Source of the DNA: Arcicella sp.
GTDB lineage: Bacteria > Bacteroidota > Bacteroidia > Cytophagales > Spirosomataceae
Assembly (NCBI GenBank): GCA_043769985.1
Contig: JAYVIV010000136.1
Location: 5,802-69,801, forward strand
Length of the DNA: 64,000 bases
Direction of reading: 5' to 3'
The position numbers were made by a program, and so were the translations under genes. Positions 9,181 through 19,633 of this stretch are shown piece after piece; position 1 is the stretch's first letter; each line of letters opens with the position of its first letter. A model generated the notes under the pieces. It ran no database searches, was not told where the DNA came from, and saw only the letters and a list, made by a program, of their open reading frames with translations.

Positions 9181-9915
9181 ATGTATAAAAACAAAAAAGT
9201 TATCGTTGTAATGCCTGCGTATAAGGCTGCCCTCACGCTCGAAAAGACTTATCGAGAAATTCCATTCGACCTTGTTGATGATGTAATTTTGGTTGACGAC
9301 CATAGTCCCGACAACACTTCTGAGGTTGCTAAATCTCTGGGAATCAAGCATATTATTCGTCACGATAAAAATAAAGGCTACGGCGGAAATCAGAAAACTT
9401 GTTATACCAAAGCCCTTGAATTGGGTGCTGATATTGTAATTATGGTTCATCCCGATTATCAATATACTCCCCTCCTATTGCCCGCCATGATTACGATTAT
9501 TGGCAATGAGCTTTATCCAGTTGTTTTTGGTTCAAGAATTTTAGGAAAAGGAGCTTTGAAAGGTGGAATGCCCATGTATAAATATATCGCAAACCGTTTT
9601 TTAACGCTTTTTCAAAATATTATGCTATCCCAAAAACTCTCTGAATATCACACAGGCTACCGAGCATTTTCAAGAGAAGTTTTAGAAAAAGTACCGTTTC
9701 ATAAATGTGATGATGATTTTGTGTTCGATAATGAAATGATTGCCCAAATTTTTTGGCAAGGCTTTGAAATTGGGGAAGTTACGTGTCCGACCAAATATTT
9801 TGATGAAGCATCTTCCATCAATTTTGCCCGTAGTTCAAAGTATGGTTTAGGTGTTTTGCGTGTTTCGATGCGTTATCGTTTGGCGAAATGGGGAATTAGC
9901 TGGAGATTGTTATAG
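9181..9915 (+). CDS. Glycosyltransferase family 2 (DPM1-like)
   Basis: VVMPAY, VDDHSPD, GYGGNQK, HPDYQY, FVFDNEM. Confidence 0.9.
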   Translation: MYKNKKVIVVMPAYKAALTLEKTYREIPFDLVDDVILVDDHSPDNTSEVAKSLGIKHIIRHDKNKGYGGNQKTCYTKALELGADIVIMVHPDYQYTPLLLPAMITIIGNELYPVVFGSRILGKGALKGGMPMYKYIANRFLTLFQNIMLSQKLSEYHTGYRAFSREVLEKVPFHKCDDDFVFDNEMIAQIFWQGFEIGEVTCPTKYFDEASSINFARSSKYGLGVLRVSMRYRLAKWGISWRLL

Positions 9916-10050
9916 AGGTTTTTGTAATTAATTTTCAATATTCAATGTTCAATTAGAAATGTTCAAGTCTTTCAGTGTAATCACTTGAACATTCGTCATT
10001 GAAATTTGAACACGGAACGCCGCCCGATTGAAAATTAAACCTTTTTTAAC

Positions 10051-10695
10051 ATGAAAACAGCCATCATTATTGGTGCTACTGGCTTGGTCGGAAGCACACT
10101 TGTAACGCAAATTTGCGAGAATCCCAACTATTCAAAAGTGGTTTTATTATTACGTAAACCCTTGAATATCAGTCACTCAAAATTAATTCAAGAAGTTATT
10201 GATTTTGATAATATAGATGCTTTAAAGGTTGTGGCAGATGATTTATTTTGTGCGATGGGAACAACTTTGGCGAAGGCTGGTTCAAAAGAAGCACAGTATA
10301 AAATTGATTGCACTTATCCTTTCGAAATTGGAAAAATTGCCAAAGCAAATGGCGTAAAGCAATTCATTTTAGTTTCGTCAGTTGGGGCAGACTTTGACTC
10401 TTCCAATTTTTATTTACGAACAAAAGGAGATTTGGAAAAAAAGATACAATCACTTGGTTTTCAGAATTTTGTGAGCGTTCGTCCATCTATGCTTTTGGGA
10501 GATAGAGAAGAGTCTCGTTTGGGTGAAAAAATTGGAAAAGTATTTTCAAATCTTCTTTCGCCTTTGCTGTTTGGAAGCCTTCGGAAATATCATGGAATTG
10601 AAGCCTCTGACGTTGCCAAATCTATGCAACGATTTGCTAATCAAGGACTTAGCGGCGTGAAATACGTAGAATATGATGAGATAATGGGTACTTGA
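10051..10695 (+). CDS. NAD(P)-binding Rossmann protein (TIP30/YraR-like)
   Basis: IIGATGLVG, CAMGTTLAKAGS, SSVGAD, YLRTKG, RPSMLLG. Confidence 0.78.
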   Translation: MKTAIIIGATGLVGSTLVTQICENPNYSKVVLLLRKPLNISHSKLIQEVIDFDNIDALKVVADDLFCAMGTTLAKAGSKEAQYKIDCTYPFEIGKIAKANGVKQFILVSSVGADFDSSNFYLRTKGDLEKKIQSLGFQNFVSVRPSMLLGDREESRLGEKIGKVFSNLLSPLLFGSLRKYHGIEASDVAKSMQRFANQGLSGVKYVEYDEIMGT

Positions 10696-10762
10696 TAATC
10701 AATAAGCAAGCAAAACTTGTTTATCAATATGAATGTTATTACTTTTGAAAAAACAATATACA

Positions 10763-10936
10763 ATGGACAAAGTAAATAGATATTATGAATTAGAAACTAA
10801 ACCCGTTATTGGTGCAGCGGGTGGTGCTTCTCTCGGCGGGATATTTGGAGGAACAGGAATTATTGTAGGTGGACTTTTAGGTTTTTTCACTGTTCTGGGA
10901 ATAGTGTTGTATCTCTTTTTTTACAAGAAAAACTAA
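10763..10936 (+). CDS. Small glycine-rich membrane protein, hypothetical
   Basis: GAAGGASLGGIFGGTGIIVGGLLG glycine-zipper-like stretch followed by one TM helix. Confidence 0.4.
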   Translation: MDKVNRYYELETKPVIGAAGGASLGGIFGGTGIIVGGLLGFFTVLGIVLYLFFYKKN

Positions 10937-10941
10937 TTTTC

Positions 10942-11250
10942 ATGTCCTACACACAAATTTCTTATTTGTTGGGTTTTATTATCGTTTCCATTTATATAAT
11001 TTTATCGTATTGGAAAAAATCAATTCCTCAACTGCCTGATGCCATTATTCTTTTGCTTGCCACAACTTCTATTCCACCCTGTGTTCGAGTAATTTATATT
11101 TTCTTTAATTATGATGGAAATTCAATCAAAGAAATTGGCAATAACGAACAATTTTATATCATTGTTGGAGCTTTCTCCGTTATTTGGCTTTCAATTAATG
11201 AAATTTATCGAAAATTTAAAGAAAAAATATCTCCTCAAAATATCATTTAA
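10942..11250 (+). CDS. Hypothetical small membrane protein
   Basis: 102-aa AT-rich ORF with about three hydrophobic segments. Confidence 0.45.
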   Translation: MSYTQISYLLGFIIVSIYIILSYWKKSIPQLPDAIILLLATTSIPPCVRVIYIFFNYDGNSIKEIGNNEQFYIIVGAFSVIWLSINEIYRKFKEKISPQNII

Positions 11251-11314
11251 CAAAATTAAAAGACCTATCAAATGACCAAAATCTGATGGGTCTTTTTAGT
11301 ATACTTTTTAAAAT

Positions 11315-13159
11315 ATGACCCCAATCGAAACCTTTCAATCCAGAAAAGAAAATTTCCAAACCCTTACTGATCAATTCCAAAAACAGTATAATCAATGGGC
11401 AATCTTTAGAGCAATTTTGTTTTTAATAATTGCCTTGATTAGTTATTTAACTTATCAGTATTCAAGCGGTGATTATGTAATTCCAGTTGTAATTATTGGT
11501 ATTTCAATATTTCTATTTTCAGTAAATAAACACTTGAAAATCAAATATTTACGTGATAAAAATAAAATTTTATCTATGATTAATGAAGATGAAATTAAGC
11601 GTTTGGATAATGTTTTTACCAGAGCAGAAACAGGCGAACAATTTGCTGAAACGAATCATTTTTATGCTTCTGATTTAGATATTTTCGGGAAACAATCGCT
11701 CTTCAAACTGCTCAATCGCACGCATACTTATACGGGAGGGGCTACTTTGGCAAATTGGTTGAAATTTCCCTCTCAGAAAGCTGAAATTCTCAGTCGGCAA
11801 GAATCTATTGAAGAATTATCCGCTAAAATTGATTTCAGACAAGATTTAGAAGCCTCCGCCATGTTGATTGAAGAAGTTGCTGAACCTACGCAAAAACTAA
11901 TTTCTTGGAGTGAAGAGCCTGAAAATGAGACGATTAAAAAGCCAATTTTTCAATACGGGAAGTTCCTGCCATACCTCACCGTTTCCTTGATTTTGGCTTG
12001 GGCTTTTGGGTATATTCCTATCGGTTATCCACTGTTAATGTTGATTTTTCATGGGTTTATTCTGAAACAGATTTATGATACCGTTAGCCATGCCCTCGAA
12101 CAAACCATTCGCCTTTCTGCCACTTTGAAAGCATACGCTAATCTATCGGAACTAATTGTTAATGAGACATTTACGCATCAAAAACTTAGAGATTTACAAA
12201 CCGAACTTTCAGAGGCAAGTCCTGCGATTAGAGGTTTAGAAGACATTTTGAATAAGTTAGGAAACCGAGCCAACCCGATTTTTGCTTTAATTGCAGGTGT
12301 GCCTTTGTTGTGGGATATTCAATTTTTTATCAAATTAGAAACCTGGAAAAAAAAGCATCAAAAAAATCTTCCTAAATGGTTATGTGCCATTGCTGAATTT
12401 GAAACCTTAAACAGTTTTGCGGGACTAAAATTCGCCAATCCAGAATTTGTAAAACCTGAGATTTCAGAAGATTCTATTTTACTAAAAACCAAAGGATTAG
12501 CCCATCCAATGATTCGTAGAACGAAACGAATTGCTAATAACATCCAGCTCGTTGGCGAAGGGAAAACTATCATAATTACAGGCTCAAATATGTCGGGCAA
12601 AAGTACCTTTCAGCGGACGGTTGCGGTGAATATTGTGTTGGCTTTGGCGGGTTCAGTCGTGTGTGCAGAGGCGTTTGCGTGTTCATGTATGCAAGTGTTT
12701 ACGAGTATGCGTACGCAAGATTCTTTGGAGGAAGATACATCGTCATTTTATGCAGAATTGAAGCGATTAAAGACGTTGATTTTGGCGGTTAATAGTGGGC
12801 AATCTATGGAAACCCCACCCAAGTCGAATGCGACCCCAGCCGCCCTCAAAGGGAGGGCTTTTCTACCCATTTTTTACTTTTTAGATGAGATTTTGAAGGG
12901 GACAAATTCCAAAGACCGTCATGAAGGGGCGAAGGCTTTGATGTTACAATTACACCGAACAACGGCATCTGGTTTTATCTCAACGCATGATGTAGAATTG
13001 GGTGATGAGTTTGCTCATCAAGGCTTTGTGGAGAATTATAGCTTCTCTTCGGAGGTTGTGAATGATGATTTAGTGTTTGATTATAAACTACGTTCGGGCG
13101 TTTGCCATAGTTTTAATGCGAGTATGCTGATGAAAGGGATTGGGATTGAGATGGGGTAA
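11315..13159 (+). CDS. MutS-family ATPase (domain V with N-terminal TM helices; not the mismatch-repair MutS1)
   Basis: ITGSNMSGKSTF, SMRTQDSL, SSFYAEL, LDEILKGTNS, STHD. Confidence 0.85.
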   Translation: MTPIETFQSRKENFQTLTDQFQKQYNQWAIFRAILFLIIALISYLTYQYSSGDYVIPVVIIGISIFLFSVNKHLKIKYLRDKNKILSMINEDEIKRLDNVFTRAETGEQFAETNHFYASDLDIFGKQSLFKLLNRTHTYTGGATLANWLKFPSQKAEILSRQESIEELSAKIDFRQDLEASAMLIEEVAEPTQKLISWSEEPENETIKKPIFQYGKFLPYLTVSLILAWAFGYIPIGYPLLMLIFHGFILKQIYDTVSHALEQTIRLSATLKAYANLSELIVNETFTHQKLRDLQTELSEASPAIRGLEDILNKLGNRANPIFALIAGVPLLWDIQFFIKLETWKKKHQKNLPKWLCAIAEFETLNSFAGLKFANPEFVKPEISEDSILLKTKGLAHPMIRRTKRIANNIQLVGEGKTIIITGSNMSGKSTFQRTVAVNIVLALAGSVVCAEAFACSCMQVFTSMRTQDSLEEDTSSFYAELKRLKTLILAVNSGQSMETPPKSNATPAALKGRAFLPIFYFLDEILKGTNSKDRHEGAKALMLQLHRTTASGFISTHDVELGDEFAHQGFVENYSFSSEVVNDDLVFDYKLRSGVCHSFNASMLMKGIGIEMG

Positions 13160-13171
13160 AATGGCTGTCAG

Positions 13172-13266
13172 AATCAGTCTGAATTGGGATTCGTCAGATT
13201 AAAGGATTTTTCGTCAAACATTAATCCTTAAAATCCATTAATCCCACGAATCCCAATTCAGACAGG
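13172..13266. repeat. Family A element, copy 2
   Basis: GTCTGAATTGGGATTCGT...ACGAATCCCAATTCAGAC between convergent genes. Confidence 0.85.
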
Positions 13267-13282
13267 GTTACTTAGTAAAGTT

Positions 13283-16200
13283 CTACTCCTTCGTCACCTT
13301 CTTAGCCACAATTCCCTCATTGGTCATAATCTGCAAAACGTAATTCCCTCTGGACAGATTATGAATGTTCAAGGTCATTGCATTTGACTTATCTCCTTGC
13401 TTTTCAAGCACTTGACTACCTGACATGGCATTAAGTTTTACGGATTCAATTCTTAAATTCTTAGGAACAACAATCCTTATTTCATCACTCGTTGGATTAG
13501 GTGAAACCGTTATGCTTGCTTCCAGCGTGGGTTCTGATGAAAGAGGTTTTGTTAAGGCTACATCTTGACGAGCGTCTGATTGGACACTCGCACAACCATC
13601 CATCGTTACTACTTGTACATTAAACTTCAAGCCCGAAACAACTTGAATGACTTGCGAACCTCTTAATGATTCCAAAATTGCATTATCACGATACCAAACA
13701 TTGCCCGTTGCCGAACTTGATGTGTATTCCCAGAAGTCCCCGTTATTATCCGTCTTTTTCACCACTGAAATGGTTGGTTTTAGGGGATTTACGCAAAAAG
13801 AATCAGCTCTGGCTACATTATAAAAACTACTATTCCCATCTTGAAAAGCATTCACTTTCACTCGCCCAGCCGTACCTGTGAGGGTAATACGTCTGTTTGA
13901 AATATTGGCGGGTCCATAAACAATTGATAGCCCAACTGCCAAACTTGAACTTGCCGAAACCGTTACATCAAAAGCGGGGTCACCAACTAATTTATCAGGA
14001 ATTTTGGTCATACTAATCGTCTGATTCTGTTTCGTTGGTAAAGCACGAGTTCCCACCGTGTACCAAACCGCATAGGCAGACTGACCAATCAAATATTTTT
14101 GAGAATTTTTGATACTTTTAATTCTACTTTTCTCCATCGTGATTTGATAGGTATTCAGAATATTTTTTGCGTCTAAATAATTATACAAGAGCAAATCATC
14201 AGTTCTGGAATATTCTGGATAGCCCAACGTATTGTTCTCATAGATATAATCCAATCCATCGGTACGTTCAGTATTTACCCCAATTATATAGTTCAAGTCA
14301 TCCTGTTCTATGAAGAAATCGAAGGCAATTATGTTGGTCGAATTCTTTGAAAAAGATGGGTTTCCAATATTTTCTCCTTCGTCCAAGCTGGTAAATAATT
14401 TATCAATTTGTCCAGTACCATAATCATTTTTAGAGGCATTCCAAACGTTGATAAAACCAACATCCCAAAACTCAGATTCTCCTCCTGTGGCATTCTTTAT
14501 CGTATTGAAAGCATCATAAACAAGGTTTTCACTCTGATGATCCCATTCTATGGCATCAGCATTTTGAACCTGGCCAGTGTTTACGCCTTGTGTATAAGTT
14601 GGATTATAAAGTGTATAAACTCTGCTCGTTCCCGCCGATAAATTAAAGACTGCAATTTGTTTATCCGTTGTGGCAACATTAGTCCCCAATGTTCGTAATG
14701 CCGCTAATTTCTTCCCATCTTTTGATACCGCTGCGTTTCGCCAAACTCCCGAAGAAGACACATTTTCAACCTTTGGCGTTCCTACTAAATTGACTCTTTT
14801 AATGAAACCATCGGCAGGCACAAAATACGCAAAAGTTCCATCATCAGGCACTGTTGGCTTGTGTTCAATCACAATATTCTTTGCTAATTCAACAAAACTG
14901 TTTGCATCTGCTTCCCCTTTCGTACTTGACTTGTAGAGTGTTTTTGTAACTGGGTCATAACTCAACAACCCTTCTGTTCCGATATTCACAGGTACGTCTG
15001 CTTTTGGTGCTGGTGGAATTGGAGTTGTTGGATTAGAAGGGGTTGGCGTAGGTGCATTTCCATCCGTAATTCCAACGGCATCAAAAGCTGCTTTAGCAGC
15101 ATTTATATCCGCATCTGTCACCCCTGCTGAGGCTTTTAAATCTGTGGCAGATTGAATAACGGCACGACGTAAATCCAAGAACTTAGAGGTACGAGTTAAG
15201 TAGAACGCCAAAGCACGATAATAGATTTTTTCAGCCTTCGTTAAGTTCATTCCACTTGCAGTTGCAAAACGATAAAAAGCGTTATTTGGCACGCCAGAGT
15301 TGATATGCACACCATAATTATCTTCCGAGCCTGAATAATATTGGTTCATGTTAGTGGGCTGATAACCATTGTCATTCAGACTTCTACCACCGTTATTTGG
15401 ATTCGACAAATCCCTTAATGCACCCGTTGGATAAAAACGAGCCACCACCACATCTTCTCCTAATTTCCATAAATCATTGCCCGTTTTAGCTTCAACCAAT
15501 GCCCCAAAACAATCTGCTAAGGATTCATTAATTGCCCCTGATTGTCCTTTATATTCCAAATTAGCCGTTTTTTCAATAACACCGTGAGTCATTTCGTGTC
15601 CTGCCACATCCAAACCACCAGCTAAGGGTTTAAAAGCCGTTCCACCGTTTCCGTAGCCCATATATTCTCCATTCCAAAAAGCATTATCAAATCCTTTACC
15701 ATTTTCGTCGGTGATATTGATGATAGAGATAATCGTTCCGTCACTACCATTCAAAGACTTACGACCATGTTTTTTCTCGTAATAATCGTATGCTAATCCT
15801 GCATTGTAATGGGCGGAAATAGCAGTTGCATTATTCCAACTGTTATTGGTTGAAGAGACTTGTTTTATTGTTAAATCTTCACTCACTTTTGAATTGGTCG
15901 CATCAATCGTCCATATAACTCGTTGTGGGTCATCGGCTTTCACCACTTTATTACCCCTGATGAACATTCCTCTCGAAGCATCTATCAAATTATAAGAACT
16001 TCCCGACTGATAAGTATTGATGGTTCTGTTGAATCCATTGAGGTCTCTTGCAGTAGCTGTTGCCACGCCGTCAAGGGTACAAGTGTAGTTATATTTATCT
16101 AAGATTTCGCCCGAATTTGCATCAATAACATATACCCATCTTTCTAAAAAATTTGGACGCACAGTCACGTGATATGCCAAACGCTCGCCATCCGATTTTT

Positions 16201-16927
16201 CATTTTGATGATAAATAATGAGTTCCGTCTTGGGCTTTTCGTATTTCAATATCGTCATTTCAGTTGCCGTCATAGGTTTTGTGATGGAAGTTTTACTAAC
16301 ATCAGAAATGGCCAATACCCCAACGTTATCTCCTGTTAATGAAGGCTTTACGTTTTCTATCTGAGGTGTTGGATAAAAATGTCCGTTCAATAATGAAACT
16401 TCTTCTTTGTCTTTTTTATGCAAAATCATTTCACCCCCATATACAGGCACACCTTTATACATCTGTTTCATCCGTAAGTGAGTCGTTTTGATTTCGTCCG
16501 TTTCGCTGTTTGAAATATTCAATTCAGCCTCTGGATTGACGAGTTTTAAATAAGGCTTCACGGCTTCCAAATAATTGTAGGCTGAAGCCGCCACCCCTGA
16601 CATTCGAGCGTTACGGACAGAGCTTTTTTTGATGCTTGCGATATTGGTTGGAATTCCCTCAATCATCGAAGGCATTCCGTTTTCATCCATTGTAACTTTC
16701 AAACCATCCTTTTTAGAAATCAGATTCATATAAGTCTGATTATCAGTAGGTTTTGTCAAATATTTTGGACGAGCAATGGTATTTTGAAACGCTGAGTTAT
16801 CCACAATGTTATCCACATTTTCTTGGGGGATAGACACATCAGAACGCTTGACGGTTTTGAATTTATTTTGTGTAAATCCAATCATGGAAATACATAAAAG
16901 GGAGGAAATAAGGAATAGTTTTTTCAT
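13283..16927 (-). CDS. Secreted M4 (thermolysin-like) metallopeptidase with propeller/Ig domains and T9SS C-terminal sorting domain
   Basis: NAFWNG, HEMTH, GAINESLAD, GVHINSG; FTP/PepSY-like prodomain; C-terminal VSPNP...KKVTKE. Confidence 0.9.
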   Translation of the reverse strand: MKKLFLISSLLCISMIGFTQNKFKTVKRSDVSIPQENVDNIVDNSAFQNTIARPKYLTKPTDNQTYMNLISKKDGLKVTMDENGMPSMIEGIPTNIASIKKSSVRNARMSGVAASAYNYLEAVKPYLKLVNPEAELNISNSETDEIKTTHLRMKQMYKGVPVYGGEMILHKKDKEEVSLLNGHFYPTPQIENVKPSLTGDNVGVLAISDVSKTSITKPMTATEMTILKYEKPKTELIIYHQNEKSDGERLAYHVTVRPNFLERWVYVIDANSGEILDKYNYTCTLDGVATATARDLNGFNRTINTYQSGSSYNLIDASRGMFIRGNKVVKADDPQRVIWTIDATNSKVSEDLTIKQVSSTNNSWNNATAISAHYNAGLAYDYYEKKHGRKSLNGSDGTIISIINITDENGKGFDNAFWNGEYMGYGNGGTAFKPLAGGLDVAGHEMTHGVIEKTANLEYKGQSGAINESLADCFGALVEAKTGNDLWKLGEDVVVARFYPTGALRDLSNPNNGGRSLNDNGYQPTNMNQYYSGSEDNYGVHINSGVPNNAFYRFATASGMNLTKAEKIYYRALAFYLTRTSKFLDLRRAVIQSATDLKASAGVTDADINAAKAAFDAVGITDGNAPTPTPSNPTTPIPPAPKADVPVNIGTEGLLSYDPVTKTLYKSSTKGEADANSFVELAKNIVIEHKPTVPDDGTFAYFVPADGFIKRVNLVGTPKVENVSSSGVWRNAAVSKDGKKLAALRTLGTNVATTDKQIAVFNLSAGTSRVYTLYNPTYTQGVNTGQVQNADAIEWDHQSENLVYDAFNTIKNATGGESEFWDVGFINVWNASKNDYGTGQIDKLFTSLDEGENIGNPSFSKNSTNIIAFDFFIEQDDLNYIIGVNTERTDGLDYIYENNTLGYPEYSRTDDLLLYNYLDAKNILNTYQITMEKSRIKSIKNSQKYLIGQSAYAVWYTVGTRALPTKQNQTISMTKIPDKLVGDPAFDVTVSASSSLAVGLSIVYGPANISNRRITLTGTAGRVKVNAFQDGNSSFYNVARADSFCVNPLKPTISVVKKTDNNGDFWEYTSSSATGNVWYRDNAILESLRGSQVIQVVSGLKFNVQVVTMDGCASVQSDARQDVALTKPLSSEPTLEASITVSPNPTSDEIRIVVPKNLRIESVKLNAMSGSQVLEKQGDKSNAMTLNIHNLSRGNYVLQIMTNEGIVAKKVTKE

Positions 16928-17038
16928 TAGAAATTTATTTTAAACCGCTAAGACACCAAGTCGCTAAGTCAAATAGTGTATCTATCTTAGTGTCTCCGTG
17001 TCTTAGCAGTAATTAGCAATCTTTTTTATTTTTGAATC

Positions 17039-17437
17039 CTACTTCATCAACGCCATAAATGTATCATAAAAAATCTTAACTGAGTCAACAGGCAGCTTTT
17101 TATCTCCCCATTGAACTTTATGAGCAAACTTTTTTCGTTCCGAAAACTGAACCGTATAAGACATATTGCCAGATTCGCCCGAAGGTTTTTCATTCAACTT
17201 CAAAGCCTCAATTTGCTTAAAAAAGTCCTTAGTTTTCGATTTTGAAATGGTTTTTACCACCATAGCCGAATCTTCGTTACTGGCTTTATGAAGCAGTTGC
17301 CCATCAGCTTTGAGTGTATATTCGTGCCATACGCCCGTAACACCTCCACCCGAAGCCACCGTAATTTGCTGATTTTCAGGAACAGATTTACAACTAAAAA
17401 TGAATGTTGCGAGCAAGAAAGTAATGTATTTTTTCAT
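17039..17437 (-). CDS. Hypothetical lipoprotein
   Basis: MKKYITFLLATFIFSC lipobox, then SGGGVTG. Confidence 0.65.
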   Translation of the reverse strand: MKKYITFLLATFIFSCKSVPENQQITVASGGGVTGVWHEYTLKADGQLLHKASNEDSAMVVKTISKSKTKDFFKQIEALKLNEKPSGESGNMSYTVQFSERKKFAHKVQWGDKKLPVDSVKIFYDTFMALMK

Positions 17438-17600
17438 AATGGTAAGATGTTGTAACCGCAAAGACGGAAGGACACAAAATAGTGCTTCTTACGTCTTTGT
17501 AGCAAGTTTATTAATAGTAAACGTTTTTTGTGCCTTCCCGTTTTGCAGTAAAATTAATTAATTGTAAATTTTTGCGTCTTCCCGTCCTTGCGGTTAAACA

Positions 17601-18782
17601 TTACAAACCCAACTCACTAACCGCCAACCATGACATCAATCCCGCTCCGATTTCCAAGGCACTTTCATCAATATCAAACGTTGGGGTATGCACGCCCGAA
17701 ATAATTCCTCTTGCCTCATTACGAGTTCCTAACCGATAAAAACATGAATCGACGTGGTGCGTATAATAGGCAAAATCCTCAGCGGCCAGCCAAATATCTA
17801 AATCAAGTACATTGTCCTGACCCATAAATTCAATGGCTGCCCCTTTCATTCTGCGAGTCAATTCTGGTTCATTTTTCAAGAATGGATAACCTTTCTGAAT
17901 AAAAACCTCACAAACGCCACCCATTGATTCAGCGATGCCTTCCGCCATTTTTTTGATACGAGCCAACGCATCGGCACGCCATTCTTCGTCCATTGCACGG
18001 AAAGTTCCTTCTACATACACCTCATTCGGAATCACGTTGGTAGCACCGTTGGCAATCACTTTTCCAAAACTCAACACCGAAGGATAACGTGGATTACGAT
18101 TTCGACTGATAATTTGTTGTAAAGCCACAATAATATGCGAAGTAATCAACACTGGGTCGATGCCTAATTCGGGCATGGCACCGTGTCCGCCTTTGCCTTT
18201 TACGGTAAAATAAATTTCATCGGCACTTGCCATATACATTCCTTCACGGAAACCAATTTTACCAACTGGAATATTCGGAGCAACGTGCTGACCCAACATT
18301 TTATGGGGCGTTGGGTTCAACAGAGCACCTTCCGCAATCATGACAGACGCACCACCAGGGGCTTTTTCCTCGGCAGGTTGGAAAACCAATTTCACCGTTC
18401 CCTCAAATTCATGCCGTAAGTTATATAAAATCTTGGACACACCCAACAACGAAGCCGTGTGAACATCATGTCCACAAGCGTGCATAACTCCTTGATTAAG
18501 AGACTTATACGGCACATCGTTCGCCTCCACAATTGGCAAGGCATCCATATCCGCCCGCAAAGCCACCACTTTTGAAGCTGGATTTCTGCCTTCAATCGTG
18601 GCAACCAAACCCGTATTGGCAATGGACGTTGGCGTAATTCCAATTTCTTTCAAACGTTCGGCAACGTATTTCTGGGTATTGTATTCCTGATAAGACAACT
18701 CAGGATTTTGATGTAAATGTCTGCGGTTAGCCACAAATTCGCCTGCATGGGCGTTGGCTAATTGTTTTATTTTTTCTTTCAT
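17601..18782 (-). CDS. M20D family amidohydrolase
   Basis: RRHLHQNPELS, LRADMDALP, MHACGHDVH, FQPAEE, AEDF. Confidence 0.92.
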   Translation of the reverse strand: MKEKIKQLANAHAGEFVANRRHLHQNPELSYQEYNTQKYVAERLKEIGITPTSIANTGLVATIEGRNPASKVVALRADMDALPIVEANDVPYKSLNQGVMHACGHDVHTASLLGVSKILYNLRHEFEGTVKLVFQPAEEKAPGGASVMIAEGALLNPTPHKMLGQHVAPNIPVGKIGFREGMYMASADEIYFTVKGKGGHGAMPELGIDPVLITSHIIVALQQIISRNRNPRYPSVLSFGKVIANGATNVIPNEVYVEGTFRAMDEEWRADALARIKKMAEGIAESMGGVCEVFIQKGYPFLKNEPELTRRMKGAAIEFMGQDNVLDLDIWLAAEDFAYYTHHVDSCFYRLGTRNEARGIISGVHTPTFDIDESALEIGAGLMSWLAVSELGL

Positions 18783-18812
18783 TTATTGGTTAAAAAACAA
18801 TACAGAGAGGTT

Positions 18813-19115
18813 CTATACTACTGGCAAATACACAAGCTTCCCCTCACTAAAATACTTTACCTTTGTACCATTATCTAATGTTTTAGCTATCATTTTCGCT
18901 AAAAATATTCCTTTTTTATCAAGCTCATCTATTATTTGACTGGATTTTTTTCTTTCAATATCTTCCATTAAAATAATTGGCAAGTATTGTTTGTGCCAAC
19001 CTTTGATGTCTTCTAATAAATTTGATGAAAGATTTAATTCGTCTATATCAAAATCAAAGGTAAACTCATTCTTTAAAAATGAATTCACATTAGCAGAAAG
19101 TATTAAGTACATCAT
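18813..19115 (-). CDS. Hypothetical AT-rich orphan protein
   Basis: 100-aa ORF with no recognised motif. Confidence 0.5.
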   Translation of the reverse strand: MMYLILSANVNSFLKNEFTFDFDIDELNLSSNLLEDIKGWHKQYLPIILMEDIERKKSSQIIDELDKKGIFLAKMIAKTLDNGTKVKYFSEGKLVYLPVV

Positions 19116-19153
19116 TAGACTTGAAATGAATATGGTTACATTACTAAATTTTT

Positions 19154-19499
19154 CTAAGCCATCATAGCCCCCAAAATACTCTCTCTTTTTTGAGATGAAA
19201 TATTCAGATTTTGAAGACTTATTTCTGTTTTATTTCTTGTTTCTATTTTATCAAAAAGTCGTTGGAGTTTCACCCAAAGTTCGGCTTCAATACCTAATAC
19301 TTCTTCTAATTTGATGGCTAATTCAATGCTTATTTTCTTCTTTTCTTTTAATAAACCATTTAAGAAAGGTTGGCTAATGGATAATTTATCCGCTAAATCG
19401 GTTTGTTTAAGCCCCCCTTTCTTTGATTTCGTTACGCAATAATTCACCTGAGTGCATTACCACAGACGGAATGTGATTTTGGTTTAATCTTCTTTTCAT
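19154..19499 (-). pseudogene. higA: HigA-family (XRE-HTH) antitoxin split by a +1 frameshift; no higB toxin adjacent
   Basis: MKRRLNQNHIPSVVMHSGELLRNEIKERG in one frame, then LKQTDLADKL...AELWVKLQ in another; break at the C6 run 19412-19417. Confidence 0.75.
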
Positions 19500-19529
19500 G
19501 TTGGTAGAATTTGAATGTCCATTAAAATT

Positions 19530-19626
19530 GTCTGAATTTGGATTCGTCAGATTAAGGGATTTGTGGATTTTTCGTCGAATTGTAATCCAAAAAATCCATT
19601 AATCCTACGAATCCAAGTTCAGACAA
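19530..19626. repeat. Family A element, copy 3
   Basis: GTCTGAATTTGGATTCGTCAGATT...ACGAATCCAAGTTCAGAC between xisI and higA. Confidence 0.85.
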
Positions 19627-19633
19627 CAGCAAT

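Noticed and set aside
14995-15065. Pro/Thr-rich stretch in the M4 peptidase (PTPTPSNPTTPIPPAP)
   Set aside because: An ordinary interdomain linker with no inverted repeat.
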